A program made the position numbers and the translations under genes. Shown here piece after piece: positions 1 to 9,636 of a stretch of DNA of 64,000 bases. How positions within the stretch are numbered: position 1 is the stretch's first letter; each line of letters begins with the position of its first letter. The notes under the pieces were generated by a model. That model saw only the letters and a list, made by a program, of their open reading frames with translations. It was not told the DNA's origin and ran no database searches. This stretch comes from an uncultured Chloroflexia bacterium (GTDB taxonomy: Bacteria > Chloroflexota > Limnocylindria > Limnocylindrales > CSP1-4). Location: positions 272,298 to 336,297 of the forward strand of contig CAVWPX010000008.1 of NCBI GenBank assembly GCA_963757055.1, read 5' to 3'.

Positions 1-567
1 GGCCTCGACGGCGTCGTCGCCAAGCGGCTCGACGCCCCGTACCAGCCCGGCAAGCGGGCGATGTTCAAGATCAAGCACCAGCGGACCGCGGACTGCGCGG
101 TCGCCGGGTTCCGCTGGCACAAGAACGGGCCGGGCACGCACGTCGGCTCGCTCCTGCTGGGGCTGTTCGACGACGAGGGCACGCTGCACCACGTCGGCGT
201 CACCTCGTCGTTCACCTGGGACAAGCGCGAGGCGCTGGCCGCCGAGCTGGCGCCGCTTCGCGACGACGCGCTGGCGAACCACCCGTGGAAGGACTGGGCC
301 GAGTGGTCCGCCTTCGGGGAGGCCGACGCCTCGGGCCAGCGGCTGCCGGGCGCGACCTCGCGCTGGAACCGCGGCAAGGACCTCTCGTGGGAGCCGCTCC
401 GCGTCGAGCGCGTGGCCGAGGTCGCCTACGACCACCTCCAGGGCGACCGGTTCCGGCACGGCACGACGTTCAAGCGCTGGCGCCCGGACAAGGCGCCCGC
501 CGACTGCCGCTACGACCAGCTCGAGGAGACGGCCGCCTACGAGATCGCGCGGATCTTCGGGGCGTGA
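1..567 (+). CDS. ATP-dependent DNA ligase (LigC-like), C-terminal part; 5' end lies outside the window
   Basis: Frame 1 is open from base 1. It reads GLDGVVAKRLDAPYQPGKRAMFKIKH (end of the adenylation domain, motif V region), then an OB-fold tail ...GDRFRHGTTFKRWRPDK. TGA at 565-567. Confidence 0.85.
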   Translation, partial: GLDGVVAKRLDAPYQPGKRAMFKIKHQRTADCAVAGFRWHKNGPGTHVGSLLLGLFDDEGTLHHVGVTSSFTWDKREALAAELAPLRDDALANHPWKDWAEWSAFGEADASGQRLPGATSRWNRGKDLSWEPLRVERVAEVAYDHLQGDRFRHGTTFKRWRPDKAPADCRYDQLEETAAYEIARIFGA

Positions 568-1151
568 GGGCCGTCACCGCGCTGGCCGGGGTCGCGGCGA
601 TCGCGTCGGGCGTGGTCCAGGTCGGGGCCTTCTTCCTCGGCGGGCTCGGGCTCACCGTGGAGCAGGGGGTCCTGCTGTGGAACGTGCTGCTGATCCCGGC
701 GGCCCTGGTCCTCGGGGTGTCGCTCGTCCGGCGCGCACCGGTCGCGGCGACCATCGCGACCATCGCCGGTGTCGCGTCGTGCTCCCTGTGGGCGGCCGCC
801 GCGGCCAGCGGCGGAAGCTCGACGAGCATCCCGGAGTGGTCGTGGATCGGGCTCTCGGCCGTTTGGTGGCTCGCGCTCGGGGTCGCCCTGTGGCCGTCCC
901 ACCGTGCGCTCGGGGCCTTCACGTTCATCGTGGGCATCGCCGCGCTCGGCGACGTTGCCGTCACCCTGCCCGAGACGGCCGGGGTGGTCGTGCCGTGGGA
1001 GGTCTACGGCACCGTCGGCGGCGCCAAGCTCCCGCTGGCGATGTTGTGGGCGTTCGTGATCGGCGTGGCGATGGTGGTCGGCGCGGTCGGGCGGCTGCCG
1101 TCGGACGTCGCGGACACCGAGCCCGCCTTGGCGCCCGGATCGGCGGCGTGA
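564..1151 (+). CDS. integral membrane protein, unknown function
   Basis: GTG 564 overlaps the ligase stop (GTGA). About 195 aa with 5-6 hydrophobic spans (LLWNVLLIPAALVLGVSL, IGLSAVWWLALGVALW, LAMLWAFVIGVAMVVGAV). GC3-rich frame. Confidence 0.7.
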   Translation: MRAVTALAGVAAIASGVVQVGAFFLGGLGLTVEQGVLLWNVLLIPAALVLGVSLVRRAPVAATIATIAGVASCSLWAAAAASGGSSTSIPEWSWIGLSAVWWLALGVALWPSHRALGAFTFIVGIAALGDVAVTLPETAGVVVPWEVYGTVGGAKLPLAMLWAFVIGVAMVVGAVGRLPSDVADTEPALAPGSAA

Positions 1152-2155
1152 CTGCCGGCGGCGGGTCGCGGCTCCGGCTCGGGATCGTCGGGACCGGCTG
1201 GATCGCACAGACGCATCTCGCGCGACCTGGCCCGGCTCGGAGCGGACGGAGCTGGTCGGCGTCGTCTCCCGGACGCCCGAGGCGGCCGGCGCGACGGCCG
1301 AGACCTGGGGCGGCCGGCCGTACGCCGACGTGGACGCGATGCTCGACGATGCGCGCCCCGACGTCGTCTGCGTGTGCGTGCCGCCGCACCGCTCCGTGGC
1401 GATCGGCGAGCGGCTCGTCGAGCGCGGCATCCCGTTCCTCGTCGAGAAGCCGCTGGCCGCCGCCGATGCGGACGGTCCGGTGCGGCTCGCGTCGGCGATC
1501 GAGCGCGCCGGGCTGGTCGTCGCGGTCGGCTACCACTGGCGCGGGCTCGACCTGCTGCCCGCGATCCGCGAGCGCCTCGCCGCGCGGCCGCCGCGGCTGG
1601 TCATCGCCCGCTGGCTCGGCGGCACGCCGGCGCCGCCCTGGTGGGGACGGATCGACGAGGGCGGCGGCCAGGTCGTCGAGCAGGCCACGCACCTCCTGGA
1701 CCTCGCGCGGCACCTCGTCGGCGAGGCCGAGGTGATCGGGGCGACCTCGACCTACGACCCGGCGGCCTCGCCGCCGGAGGTCGAGGTCGCCGACGCGACC
1801 GCCGCCACGCTGCGCTTCGACACGGGCGCGATCGGCGCGTTCACGACCACGCGCCGGATCGTGGCGCCGATCATCGAGCTCGCGTTCGCGTCGGACGGGC
1901 TGATGACCACGCTCGCGCTGGAGCAGACCGATGGCCCGACCGGCGACCCCCGCGGCTGGGTGGTCCGCTTCGAGGGCGACGGCGAGCGCGGTCGAGCGGC
2001 GCGCCACGCGCGACCCGTACGAGGTCCAGGCCGAGGCGTTCCTCGATGCGGTCGAGGCCGGCGACCCGTCGCGCGTGCTCTGCACCTACGCGGATGCGCT
2101 GAGGACGGACCGGCTGACCCGGGCGATCGTGGCCGCGACGGGCCGCCCGGCCTAG
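1148..2155 (+). pseudogene. Gfo/Idh/MocA-family oxidoreductase; reading frame interrupted (three single-base shifts)
   Basis: The Rossmann N-terminus RLRLGIVGTGWIAQTHL is in the frame of GTG 1148 (GTGA overlap with the upstream stop). The body ELVGVVSRTPEAA..YADVDAMLDDARPDVVCVCVPPH..VEKPLA is in the 1330 frame. The C-terminus VERRATRDPYEVQAEAFLDAVEAG is in the 1931 frame, ending TAG 2153-2155. Junctions at about 1215, 1240 and 1990 each need one base skipped. Confidence 0.75.
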
Positions 2156-3686
2156 GTCGCGGCGCCGCCGTCGGCGGGCTCGGGCGGCGCGGCGTCCGCC
2201 GCGTCCGGCCTTCGGCTTCGGCTTCGGCTTCGGCTTCGTCCGCGGCGCCCGCTCGAGCTGGCCCGCCCGGTCCGGCCATTCGTAGCCGGCCCACGGGTCG
2301 TAGTCCACCTCCAGCTCGGCCTGCGCCGGCCGGTCCGCCTCCGGGCACGTGGATGAGGTTCACCCGGACGCGGTACCAGAGCGACGAGCGGCCGCGCATC
2401 CCGTCGACCAGCACGTCGGCCGGCTCGAGGAGGGGCGCCACCTCCGGATGCCGCTCCTTCCAGCGCTCGAGCCCCTCGAGCGCCTCGGCCTTCGTGGCCG
2501 CCCGGGCGATCTCGATGACCGGGATCGACGTCTTGCGCCGCCCGGTCGGGGTCGGGCGCGAGCCGGCCCACTCGGTCGGCAGGCCCGCGTTCGGGTCGCC
2601 CGCGGCGACCGCGGCCGCCCGCTCGGCCGCGACCTCGGGCGGCGGACCGCCGGCCTCGCCGCGACCCGGCTCGTACTCGTCGGGCTTCTTGCGCGCCTTC
2701 GACGGCTGGACCCGCGGCGGCTCGCCGGCCTGCTTCGCGTAGTTCGGCGGCCACGGCGCGTCGCCCTCGCCCTCGGCCTCGTGCTGCCGGCTCAGCTCGA
2801 GCAGCGCCTCGAGCGACCCGACCGCGTCGTCGATCCCGGCGCCCGGGTCGCCGATCTCCGCGTACCGCGCGGGCACGGTCTTGAGCGTGAACGCCTCGGC
2901 CTCGACGGTCGGGACCTCGTCCCAGGACAGCGGCGTCGAGACCCGCGCGTCGGGGAGCGGCCGGACCGAGTACGCGGAGGCCACCGTCCGGTCCTTGGCG
3001 TTCTGGTTGTAGTCGAGGAAGACGCCGTGGCGCTCCTCCTTCCACCATTTCGACGTGGCCGCGCCGGGCATCCGCCGCTCGACGTCGCGGGCCAGCGCCA
3101 GCGCCGCGCGGCGGACCTCGGGATACGTCCAGCGCGGCTCGATGCGGACGTTGATGTGGATGCCGCGCGACCCGGACGTCTTGGGCCAGCCCACCAGCCC
3201 GACCGCCTCGAGCGCCTCGCGGCAGCCGAGCGCGACGTCGCGGATCTGCGACCACGGCACGCCCGGGACCGGGTCGAGGTCCACCCGCAGCTCGTCGGGG
3301 TGGTCGAGGTCGTCGGCGCGGACCGGGTGCGGGTTGAGGTCGATGCAGCCGAGGTTGGCGACCCACGCGAGCCCGGCCGGCTCGTCGAGGACGATCTCGT
3401 CCGCGGTCCGTCCCGACGGGAACGTCAGCTCCGCGGTCCGGATCCAGTCCGGCCGGTTGTCCGGGGCGCGCTTCTGGAAGAAGGCCTCGCCGGCGGCGCC
3501 GTCGACGAAGCGCTTCAGCGCCATCGGCCGGCCGCGGACCCCGCGGAGCGCGCCGTCGGCGACCGCGAGGTAGTACTGGACGAGGTCCAGCTTGGTGTAG
3601 CCCGTCTCGGGGAAGTAGACCTTGGTCGGGTTCGAGATCGCGACCTCGCGATCGCCGATCCGGACGATCTCCTTGGGCGTCGCCAT
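2152..3686 (-). pseudogene. LigD-type polymerase/primase (AEP, Prim-Pol) domain protein with long C-terminal tail; tail frame interrupted twice
   Basis: MATPKEIVRIGDREVAISNPTKVYFPETGYTKLDLVQYY..KTSGSRGIHINVRI..FLDYNQNAKDRTVASAYSVRP matches the LigD PolDom family. ATG at 3686. GC3 shows the coding frame moving at about 2344 (GGG run on the plus strand) and about 2205. The tail reads ..NLIHVPEADRPAQAELEVDYDPWAGYEWPDRAGQLERAPRTKPKPKPKPKA..DAADAAPPEPADGGAAT, with stop TAG at 2154-2152. Confidence 0.8.
2210..2238. repeat. hexanucleotide tandem repeat (CTTCGG) x4.8
   Basis: CTTCGG is repeated four times plus CTTCG. On the minus strand it encodes the (KP)n stretch of the Prim-Pol tail. Confidence 0.9.
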
Positions 3687-3726
3687 CGAGGGACACGATA
3701 CCGCTCGACAGCGGTCGCGGCCGAGG

Positions 3727-4948
3727 ATGATGATGGAGGCCCCCACGGCCCGACGAAGGGACGCCATGCAGAACGCGCCGGAACCCGCCTGTCTGATCAT
3801 CGCCGACATCTCGGGGTACACGAGCTACCTCGCCGGCGTCGAGCTCGACCACGCCCAGGACATCCTGGCCGACCTGATGGACACCGTGGTCTCGGCGTTC
3901 CGGCCGACCTTCCGCCTGGCGAAGCTCGAAGGCGACGCGGCCTTCGTCTACGCGATCGCGGAGACCGTCGACGGATCGGCGCTCCAGGACACGATGGAGC
4001 GGACGTACTTCGCCTTCCGGCGGCGGCTGCGCGACATCGGGCAGGCGTCGCTCTGCGACTGCGATGCGTGCACCCGGATGCCCGCGCTCGACCTCAAGAT
4101 GGTCGCCCATCACGGCCCGATCGCCCGCCAGCGGATCGCCGGCCGCGAGGAGCTGGCCGGGAGGTCGGTCATCGAGGTCCACCGGCTCCTCAAGAACGAG
4201 GTCGAGGCGACGCTCGGGCTGCCGGCCTACGCGCTCTATTCCGACGCCTGCGTCGAGGCGATGGGTCTCGCCGATCCCGCGGCCGCGGGCCTGCTCGCCC
4301 ACCACGAGACCTACGAGCACCTGGGCGAGATCACGGTGTGGGTCCGTGACCTGCACGCGGCATGGGCCGAGGAGATGGGCCGGACGCGCGTCTACGTCGA
4401 GGAAGCCGACGCGATCTTCACGGCCGCGGCGTACCTCCCGGCGCCGCCCGCGATCGCGTGGGAGTACCAGACCTCGCCGGCGCGCCGGCCGCAGTGGCAG
4501 CACGGGGTGATCCGGATCGACGAGGCGACCACCGGCGGGCGCCGAGGGGTCGGCACGACCAACCACTGCGTCCACGGGAAGGACGCGGTCATCGAGGAGA
4601 TCGTCGACTGGCGAGCCGTACGAGTACTGGACGCACCGGGTCCAGGTGCCCGAGCCGGGCGTCCCGAAGTTCACGCTGATGTACGCCTTCGAGGCCGAGG
4701 GGGACGGGACCCGGCTCATCGCCAGGGTCCTCCGCCCGCGCACGGCCAAGGACCGCGCGATCTGGGCGATGGTCGAGCCGATCCTCGCCTCGTCGCTGGA
4801 GCACGGCGTGGCGGCGCTGGCGCCGGTGCTCGCCGAGGAGGTCGCCCGCCGCGCGGCCGAGAGCCAGGGCGCCGCCGAGCCGGAGATCGCGGTTTCCGCC
4901 GCGCGATACCTGACACCGGTCGAAACCGCGGGTCCCCGTTCGTCGTGA
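3727..4948 (+). pseudogene. DUF2652-like N-terminal domain fused to an SRPBCC (polyketide-cyclase-like) domain; one frame interruption
   Basis: ACLIIADISGYTSYLAGVELDHAQDILADLMDTV..LAKLEGDAAFVY in the 3622 frame (ATG 3727, alternative ATG 3766). After ..EEIVDW at about 4612 the protein continues one base downstream as EPYEYWTHRVQVPEPGVPKFTLMYAFEAEGDGTRLIARV.., ending at 4948. Confidence 0.65.
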
Positions 4949-4997
4949 TGACACGGGCCGCGTCGCGCGGCCGACCAGCCGAAGGAGCGATCGACCG

Positions 4998-5384
4998 ATG
5001 CGCTACGCCCTCCTGATCTACGCCCCCGAGGCGACGGACACCCCGCCCGAAGAGGCGATGGCCGAGTCGATCGGCGAATACGACAAGTTCACCCAGCACG
5101 TCCGCGACCGAGGCGCGCTCGAGGCCGGGGAGGCGCTCCACCCGACCACGGCGGCGACGACCGTCCGCGTCGTCGACGGGAAGACGCTCGCGACCGACGG
5201 CCCGTACGCCGAGACCAAGGAGGCGCTGGGCGGCCTGTACATCGTCAAGGCGGCCAACCTCGATGAGGCGATCGCGTATGCGGCGATGATCCCGGCGGCC
5301 CGCGACGGCGCCATCGAGGTGCGGCCGATCTGGGACTTCGGGGACGGCGCCGGGGACGAGCCCGCCGCGCTCGTCGTCGACTGA
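4998..5384 (+). CDS. YciI-family (DGPF-motif) protein
   Basis: MRYALLIY..TLATDGPYAETKEALGGLYIVKAANLDEAIAYAA. This is the typical partner gene upstream of long ECF-like sigma factors. Confidence 0.85.
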   Translation: MRYALLIYAPEATDTPPEEAMAESIGEYDKFTQHVRDRGALEAGEALHPTTAATTVRVVDGKTLATDGPYAETKEALGGLYIVKAANLDEAIAYAAMIPAARDGAIEVRPIWDFGDGAGDEPAALVVD

Positions 5385-5414
5385 CCCGACCGCCCGTCCG
5401 CCCGACGAACCCGC

Positions 5415-6716
5415 TTGCCGACGACCGAGGTCACGCACGAGGTCGTCGACCGCCTGTTCCGTGAAGGCTCGGGACGCGCGGTCGCGACGCTCATCCGCGT
5501 GCTGGGCGACTTCGACCTCGCCGAGGAGATGGTCCAGGAAGCGTTCGTGACGGCGCTGGAGACGTGGCCGGTCCGCGGCCTCCCGGACAACCCCGCGGCG
5601 TGGATCACCACCACCGCGCGGAACCGGGCGATCGACCGGCTGCGCCGGGACCGGCGGTTCGCGGAGCGCCTCGTCCTGCTGGGGCGGGACGCGGCCTTCG
5701 AGGAGGACCGGCGGGAGACGGCGATGCAAGCCATGACCGAGGAAGCGATGAGTCCGATCCCGGACGACCAGCTGCGGCTGATCTTCACGTGCTGCCATCC
5801 GGCGCTGCCGATGGACGGCCGGGTCGCGCTGACCCTGCGGACCCTCGGCGGCCTCACGACGCCCGAGATCGCCCGGGCCTTCCTGGTCCCGGAGCCGACC
5901 CTCGCCCAGCGGCTGGTCCGGGCCAAGCGCAAGATCCGCGACGCCGGGATCCCGTACCGCGTGCCGCCGGCCGAGCTCCTCCCCGAGCGGCTCGACGGCG
6001 TCCTCCACGTGCTCTACCTGGTCTTCAACGAGGGCTACGCGGCCACGTCGGGGGATGCCCTGATCCGGCGCGAGCTGTGCGCCGAGGCGATCCGGCTGGC
6101 ACGGGTCGTGGTCGCGCTGCTCCCCGACGAGCCCGAGGCGACCGGGCTGCTGGCGCTGATGCTGCTCCACGACGCCCGTCGCGACGCGCGGGTCCGCGAG
6201 GGCGGCGACCTCGTCCTGCTCGACGACCAGGACCGCTCGCGCTGGGACCACGCGGCGATCGAGGAGGGCCGCGCCCTCGTCGACCGGGCCGTGGCGGCCG
6301 GCCGTCCCGGGCCGTACCAGGTCCAGGCGGCCATCGCGGTCCTCCACGACGAGGCGCCCACCCCGGCCGACACGGACTGGGCGGAGATCGCGGCGCTCTA
6401 CCACGCCCTGATGCGGATGACGCCCTCACCGGTCGTGGAGCTGAACCTGGCCGCGGCCGTGGCGATGGCGGACGGCCCGGCCATCGGGCTCGCGATGATG
6501 GACGGGCTCGCGGCGAGCGGCGCGCTCGAGACCTATCCGTACCTGCACGCCGCCCGCGCGGACCTGCTCCGCCGGCTCGAGCGCTGGTCCGAGGCCGCGA
6601 TCGCCTACCGCCGCGCGCTCGCGCTCACCACGAATGCCCCGGAGCGGGTGTTCCTCGAGGGCCGGCTGCGCGAGGTCGAGGCGCGGACCGGCGGCGTCAG
6701 CCGGGCAGGATCCTGA
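5415..6716 (+). CDS. ECF-type RNA polymerase sigma factor with about 250-aa C-terminal extension
   Basis: TTG start. Region 2: [37 protein letters not shown]. Region 4 HTH: [35 protein letters not shown]. Long helical-repeat tail. Confidence 0.9.
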   Translation: MPTTEVTHEVVDRLFREGSGRAVATLIRVLGDFDLAEEMVQEAFVTALETWPVRGLPDNPAAWITTTARNRAIDRLRRDRRFAERLVLLGRDAAFEEDRRETAMQAMTEEAMSPIPDDQLRLIFTCCHPALPMDGRVALTLRTLGGLTTPEIARAFLVPEPTLAQRLVRAKRKIRDAGIPYRVPPAELLPERLDGVLHVLYLVFNEGYAATSGDALIRRELCAEAIRLARVVVALLPDEPEATGLLALMLLHDARRDARVREGGDLVLLDDQDRSRWDHAAIEEGRALVDRAVAAGRPGPYQVQAAIAVLHDEAPTPADTDWAEIAALYHALMRMTPSPVVELNLAAAVAMADGPAIGLAMMDGLAASGALETYPYLHAARADLLRRLERWSEAAIAYRRALALTTNAPERVFLEGRLREVEARTGGVSRAGS

Positions 6717-7356
6717 GCACGCGGACCTGCTTGGAGGTGGTGTCCTCGAGGTCGACGGTCGTCGGGACGACGTCCGTGGCGAGGGTCTCGAGGCCGTCCG
6801 TCGGCAGGTAGGCCCGCCCGAGGTCGCCGGTCAGGACGAGGGCGCCGCGACGGGCCAGCGCCCGGAGCCACGGCTCGATCCGGCGCGACACCTCGGACTC
6901 GTACCAGAGGTCGCCGACGAGCACGACGTCCCAGCCGTCGTCCGTGCCCGTCGGGTCGGCCTCGATCGGGTCGACGATGGCGGCGACCCCGTTCGCCGCC
7001 GCGTTGAGCCGGCAGGCTTCCACCGCGAAGGGCTCGATGTCGATGGCGTCGACGCGGGTCGCGCCGGCGAGCGCCGCGGCGATGGCCACGACCCCGCCGC
7101 CGGTCCCGATGTCGGCGGCGGTCCGGCCGCGGACCAGCTCGGGATGGTCGAGCACGTAGCGCGCCAGCGCCTGCCCGCCGGCCCACGGCCAGGCCCAGTA
7201 GGGCGGGGGGACGGCCGGTCGCATGTCGGTGAGCGCGGCGGCCTCCCAGAGGGTCATGGAGTCGCCGCCCTCGAGGAGGGTGATCTCCGGGACGATCGGC
7301 GGCGCCGTCGGGACGGCGTGCGCGGCGATGAAGATGCGTCGCTCGTCGGGGGTCAC
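6697..7356 (-). CDS. class I SAM-dependent methyltransferase
   Basis: Motif I is [20 protein letters not shown], followed by DIEPFAVE and [10 protein letters not shown]. The 3' ends overlap the sigma gene convergently by 20 nt. Confidence 0.8.
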   Translation of the reverse strand: MTPDERRIFIAAHAVPTAPPIVPEITLLEGGDSMTLWEAAALTDMRPAVPPPYWAWPWAGGQALARYVLDHPELVRGRTAADIGTGGGVVAIAAALAGATRVDAIDIEPFAVEACRLNAAANGVAAIVDPIEADPTGTDDGWDVVLVGDLWYESEVSRRIEPWLRALARRGALVLTGDLGRAYLPTDGLETLATDVVPTTVDLEDTTSKQVRVLRILPG

Positions 7357-7387
7357 CCGCGCAGCCTGACCGGTCGCACCGGCGGCA

Positions 7388-7841
7388 TCAAGCCGGCGTC
7401 GCGCGCCAGGTCGTGTAGCGGGGCGGCCACTCGTCGGCGCCCCGGCGGCCGAGGACGCACGAGTCGATCGCGAACTCGAACAGCGCGTAGTCGTCGTCGG
7501 CCTCGAACGGCCAGACGGCGATCGCCGCGGCCCGCCTCGCTTGGTCCCGGCACGAGCGTCGCCCGGCCCCGGATCGAGACCTCGTCCGGCGCCGCCAGGT
7601 CGACGTGCGAGTGCATCGCATAGCGGCCGTCGATCTCGAGGTCGCGTCGCTTCGGCCCGGCCAGGATGATGAACGCGAGCAGCTGCCCGTCGACGATCGC
7701 GACGGAGATCGGATGGATCCGCGGCAGGTCGTCGCCGCGGACCGTGGCGAGCAGCACCGAGCCGTCGCCGCTCCGGAAGATGAGCCGATGCGCCGCCGCG
7801 GCCAGGTCCGGTGCGGCGGCGTCGAAGGCGGCCCAGCTCAC
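7388..7841 (-). pseudogene. pyridoxamine 5'-phosphate oxidase (PPOX)-family protein; one frame interruption
   Basis: GTG 7841 (GTGA overlap with the upstream stop). Reads VSWAAFDAAAPDLAAAAHRLIFRSGDGSVLLATVRGDDLPRIHPISV..IRGRATLVP, then one base on (GGG run about 7548) DQARRAAAIAVWPFEADDDYALFEFAIDSCVLGRRG.., with stop at 7388. Confidence 0.65.
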
Positions 7842-8272
7842 AGCGGGACCACCACCGCGACGATCGCGACGGCGATGCCGACCGCGAAGCTCATCAGCCC
7901 GATCTGGCGCGCCTTCGCCTTGTCCATCGCCCGGGCCTCGTCGTCGACCACGTGCTCGGTCTCGCCGACGGTCCCGAAGTTGAAGACCCCGACCTGCCCG
8001 AAGCCGGCACAGAACCTGAGGTGCGCCTGGAGGTAGCCGGACGCGGCGATGACGGCCGGGAGCCCGACGAGCGCCCGCGTGATCGGCGGCGCGCCGACCG
8101 CCACGAGCACCGCGAAGAGCCCGACCGCGCCGATCGCCCCGATGTGGCCCGAACGGCGTCGGCGGCGGATCTCGTCCGGACCGATGTTGCACACGCCCGG
8201 CTGGTAGGCGGCGTCGGGGTCGATGCCGGCGATGGGCATCGGCGAGGGGCTGACGGCGAACGACGTGGTCAT
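7838..8272 (-). CDS. small membrane protein, unknown function
   Basis: 144-aa ORF with three hydrophobic spans (IGAIGAVGLFAVLVAVGA, LVGLPAVIAASGYL, LMSFAVGIAVAIVAVVV). GC3-rich. Confidence 0.6.
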   Translation of the reverse strand: MTTSFAVSPSPMPIAGIDPDAAYQPGVCNIGPDEIRRRRRSGHIGAIGAVGLFAVLVAVGAPPITRALVGLPAVIAASGYLQAHLRFCAGFGQVGVFNFGTVGETEHVVDDEARAMDKAKARQIGLMSFAVGIAVAIVAVVVPL

Positions 8273-8405
8273 CTCGGTCTCCTGGACGGGGGTCGCCCGG
8301 TCGCTCGGTCGCCGGACCGCCCCATTCTCGCGCGGTCGGGGGAACGGTGCCGCGGAGGCGGTCCGCGGGATCGTCCGCCAAGGGGCTTGACGGCATCCGC
8401 GGCCG

Positions 8406-8834
8406 GTGTATTATGCCGATAGGTTAATTAACCGGAAGGAGAAATGCAGACCTCAGCCCGATCCCCTCAGCACCACCTTCGCGGCGCTGGCCGATCCGAC
8501 CCGCCGCGGCATCCTGGCGCGTCTCGCCCAGGGGGAGGCGACGGTCACGGAGCTGGCCGCCCCGTACGACCTGAGCCTCCCGGCGATCTCGAAGCACCTC
8601 AAGGTCCTCCAGAAGGCCGGGCTCATCGAGCAAGGGCGGCAGGCGCAGTGGCGGCCGTGCCGCCTGACGCCGGCGCCACTCCGCGAGGTGAGCGACTGGC
8701 TCGGCCAGTACCGCCGCCACTGGGAGGCGAGCTTCGACCGCCTCGACGACTACCTCCAGGAGCTGCAGGCGGCCACGCCTGCCACGAAGCGCGGACCGAG
8801 CGGTCCGCGGCGAACGAAAGGAGCCGAACGATGA
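8406..8834 (+). CDS. ArsR/SmtB-family transcriptional regulator
   Basis: FAALADPTRRGILARLAQGEATVTELAAPYDLSLPAISKHLKVLQKAGLI. The ORF as given starts at GTG 8406, inside the AT-rich operator region. The SD-preceded ATG 8444 is one frame off and joins after the CCC run at 8457-8459 (MQTSA/DPLSTTFAAL). The true start is therefore probably 8444, with an extra base. Confidence 0.85.
   Translation: MYYADRLINRKEKCRPQPDPLSTTFAALADPTRRGILARLAQGEATVTELAAPYDLSLPAISKHLKVLQKAGLIEQGRQAQWRPCRLTPAPLREVSDWLGQYRRHWEASFDRLDDYLQELQAATPATKRGPSGPRRTKGAER
8409..8433 (+). promoter_or_regulatory. -10-like TATTAT plus perfect 12-bp palindrome GGTTAATTAACC (candidate ArsR operator)
   Basis: This is the only AT-rich patch for kilobases. 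TATTAT lies at 8409-8414 and the palindrome at 8422-8433. Both sit just upstream of GGAAGGAGAA and ATG 8444. Confidence 0.45.
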
Positions 8835-9328
8835 CGGCAGCACGACAGCTCGGCAACGAGCGGACGATGGTCTATCAGGACGGTCTGGAGCTCGTGTTCC
8901 AGCGCGTCTTCGACGCCCCGCGCGACCTGGTCTGGAAGCGTCATCACCGATCCCGCGCGGGTCACGAACTGGTGGGGTCCCCACGGCGACACCACGACGG
9001 TCGTGGAGATGGACGTCCGGACCGGCGGCCGCTGGAGCTTCATCAGCCATACCAGCGGCGGCGAGGACGTCCCGTTCCGCGGCGAGTACCTCGAGGTGGT
9101 CCCGCCGGAGCGGATCGTCCGCACGTTCATCGTCGACATCCCCGAGTTCGTCGACAAGTCCGGGCCACGAGACGCTGACGCTCGAGGACGTCGGCGGGCG
9201 GACCCGGATGACCGAGCGGAGCCAGCTTCGACACGCTCGAGGATCTCCAGACCCAGCTCGACGTCGGCATGATCGGCGGCGCGCTCGACACGTACGACCG
9301 CCTGGCCGAGGAGATCGCCCGGGGCTGA
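8831..9328 (+). pseudogene. AHSA1/SRPBCC-family protein (ArsR operon partner); three frame interruptions
   Basis: ATG 8831 overlaps the ArsR stop (ATGA). The segments are MTAARQLGNERTMVYQDGLELVFQRVFDAPRDLVWK / ITDPARVTNWWGPHGDTTTVVEMDVRTGGRWSFISHTSGGEDVPFRGEYLEVVPPERIVRTF / HETLTLEDVGGRTRMTERSQ / FDTLEDLQTQLDVGMIGGALDTYDRLAEEIARG. They lie in successive +1 frames (about 8940, 9163, 9225). TGA at 9326-9328. Confidence 0.7.
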
Positions 9329-9356
9329 ATCCTGGCGATCCCGTCCCGTCTGCGCC

Positions 9357-9381
9357 GGCCCGCATCGCGACGATGCGGGCC
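9357..9381 (+). terminator. hairpin downstream of the AHSA1 gene
   Basis: GGCCCGCATCG-CGA-CGATGCGGGCC forms a perfect 11-bp stem. Only a weak T tract (GCGTTTCCC) follows. Confidence 0.45.
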
Positions 9382-9424
9382 GCGTCCGCGTTTCCCGGTA
9401 TGCGGGACGACCGTTTCGCAACAC

Positions 9425-9453
9425 TTGCAACTGTCCTACTGGTCCTGTAGGGT
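9425..9453 (+). promoter_or_regulatory. sigma-70-like promoter candidate (TTGCAA - 17 nt - TAGGGT)
   Basis: -35 TTGCAA at 9425-9430 and -10 TAGGGT at 9448-9453 with a 17-nt spacer, in a 300-nt non-coding gap. Confidence 0.35.
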
Positions 9454-9459
9454 TTCTTC

Positions 9460-9626
9460 GTGATCGCCCACCGAACCTCCCGGGACATGTGTAGCCGGCG
9501 GCGGCCCTGCCGTGCGAAGGATGGGGTCCGGGTGTCGGTCGCAGCGAGCCGCATGCTCGCCTGAGCGAACCCCGGATCGAGGTTCCAGGGCCGGCGTCAC
9601 GAGGGATGACGCCGGCGTTTTTGTTT
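9460..9626 (+). ncRNA. candidate 5' leader / small RNA ending in an intrinsic terminator (class unidentified)
   Basis: About 165 nt lie between the promoter-like element and the strong terminator at 9590-9626, immediately upstream of the rhodanese gene. I recognise no known riboswitch consensus. Confidence 0.3.
9590..9626 (+). terminator. rho-independent terminator
   Basis: GCCGGCGTCA-CGAGGGA-TGACGCCGGC forms a perfect 10-bp stem, followed by GTTTTTGTTT. Confidence 0.7.
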
Positions 9627-9636
9627 CCTTCGACCG

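Noticed and set aside
2152-4749. Very long ORFs in the track, for example 2152-4749(-), 4716-6404(-), 15705-17120(-), 20282-21616(-), 25417-27597(+), 37128-38930(+), and the upstream part of 46742-48097(-).
   Set aside because: Their translations are Arg/Pro/Gly/Ala-rich low-complexity strings. They run antisense or out of frame to genes with clear family motifs, and their third-position GC is lower. These are the expected shadow ORFs of a 70% GC genome.
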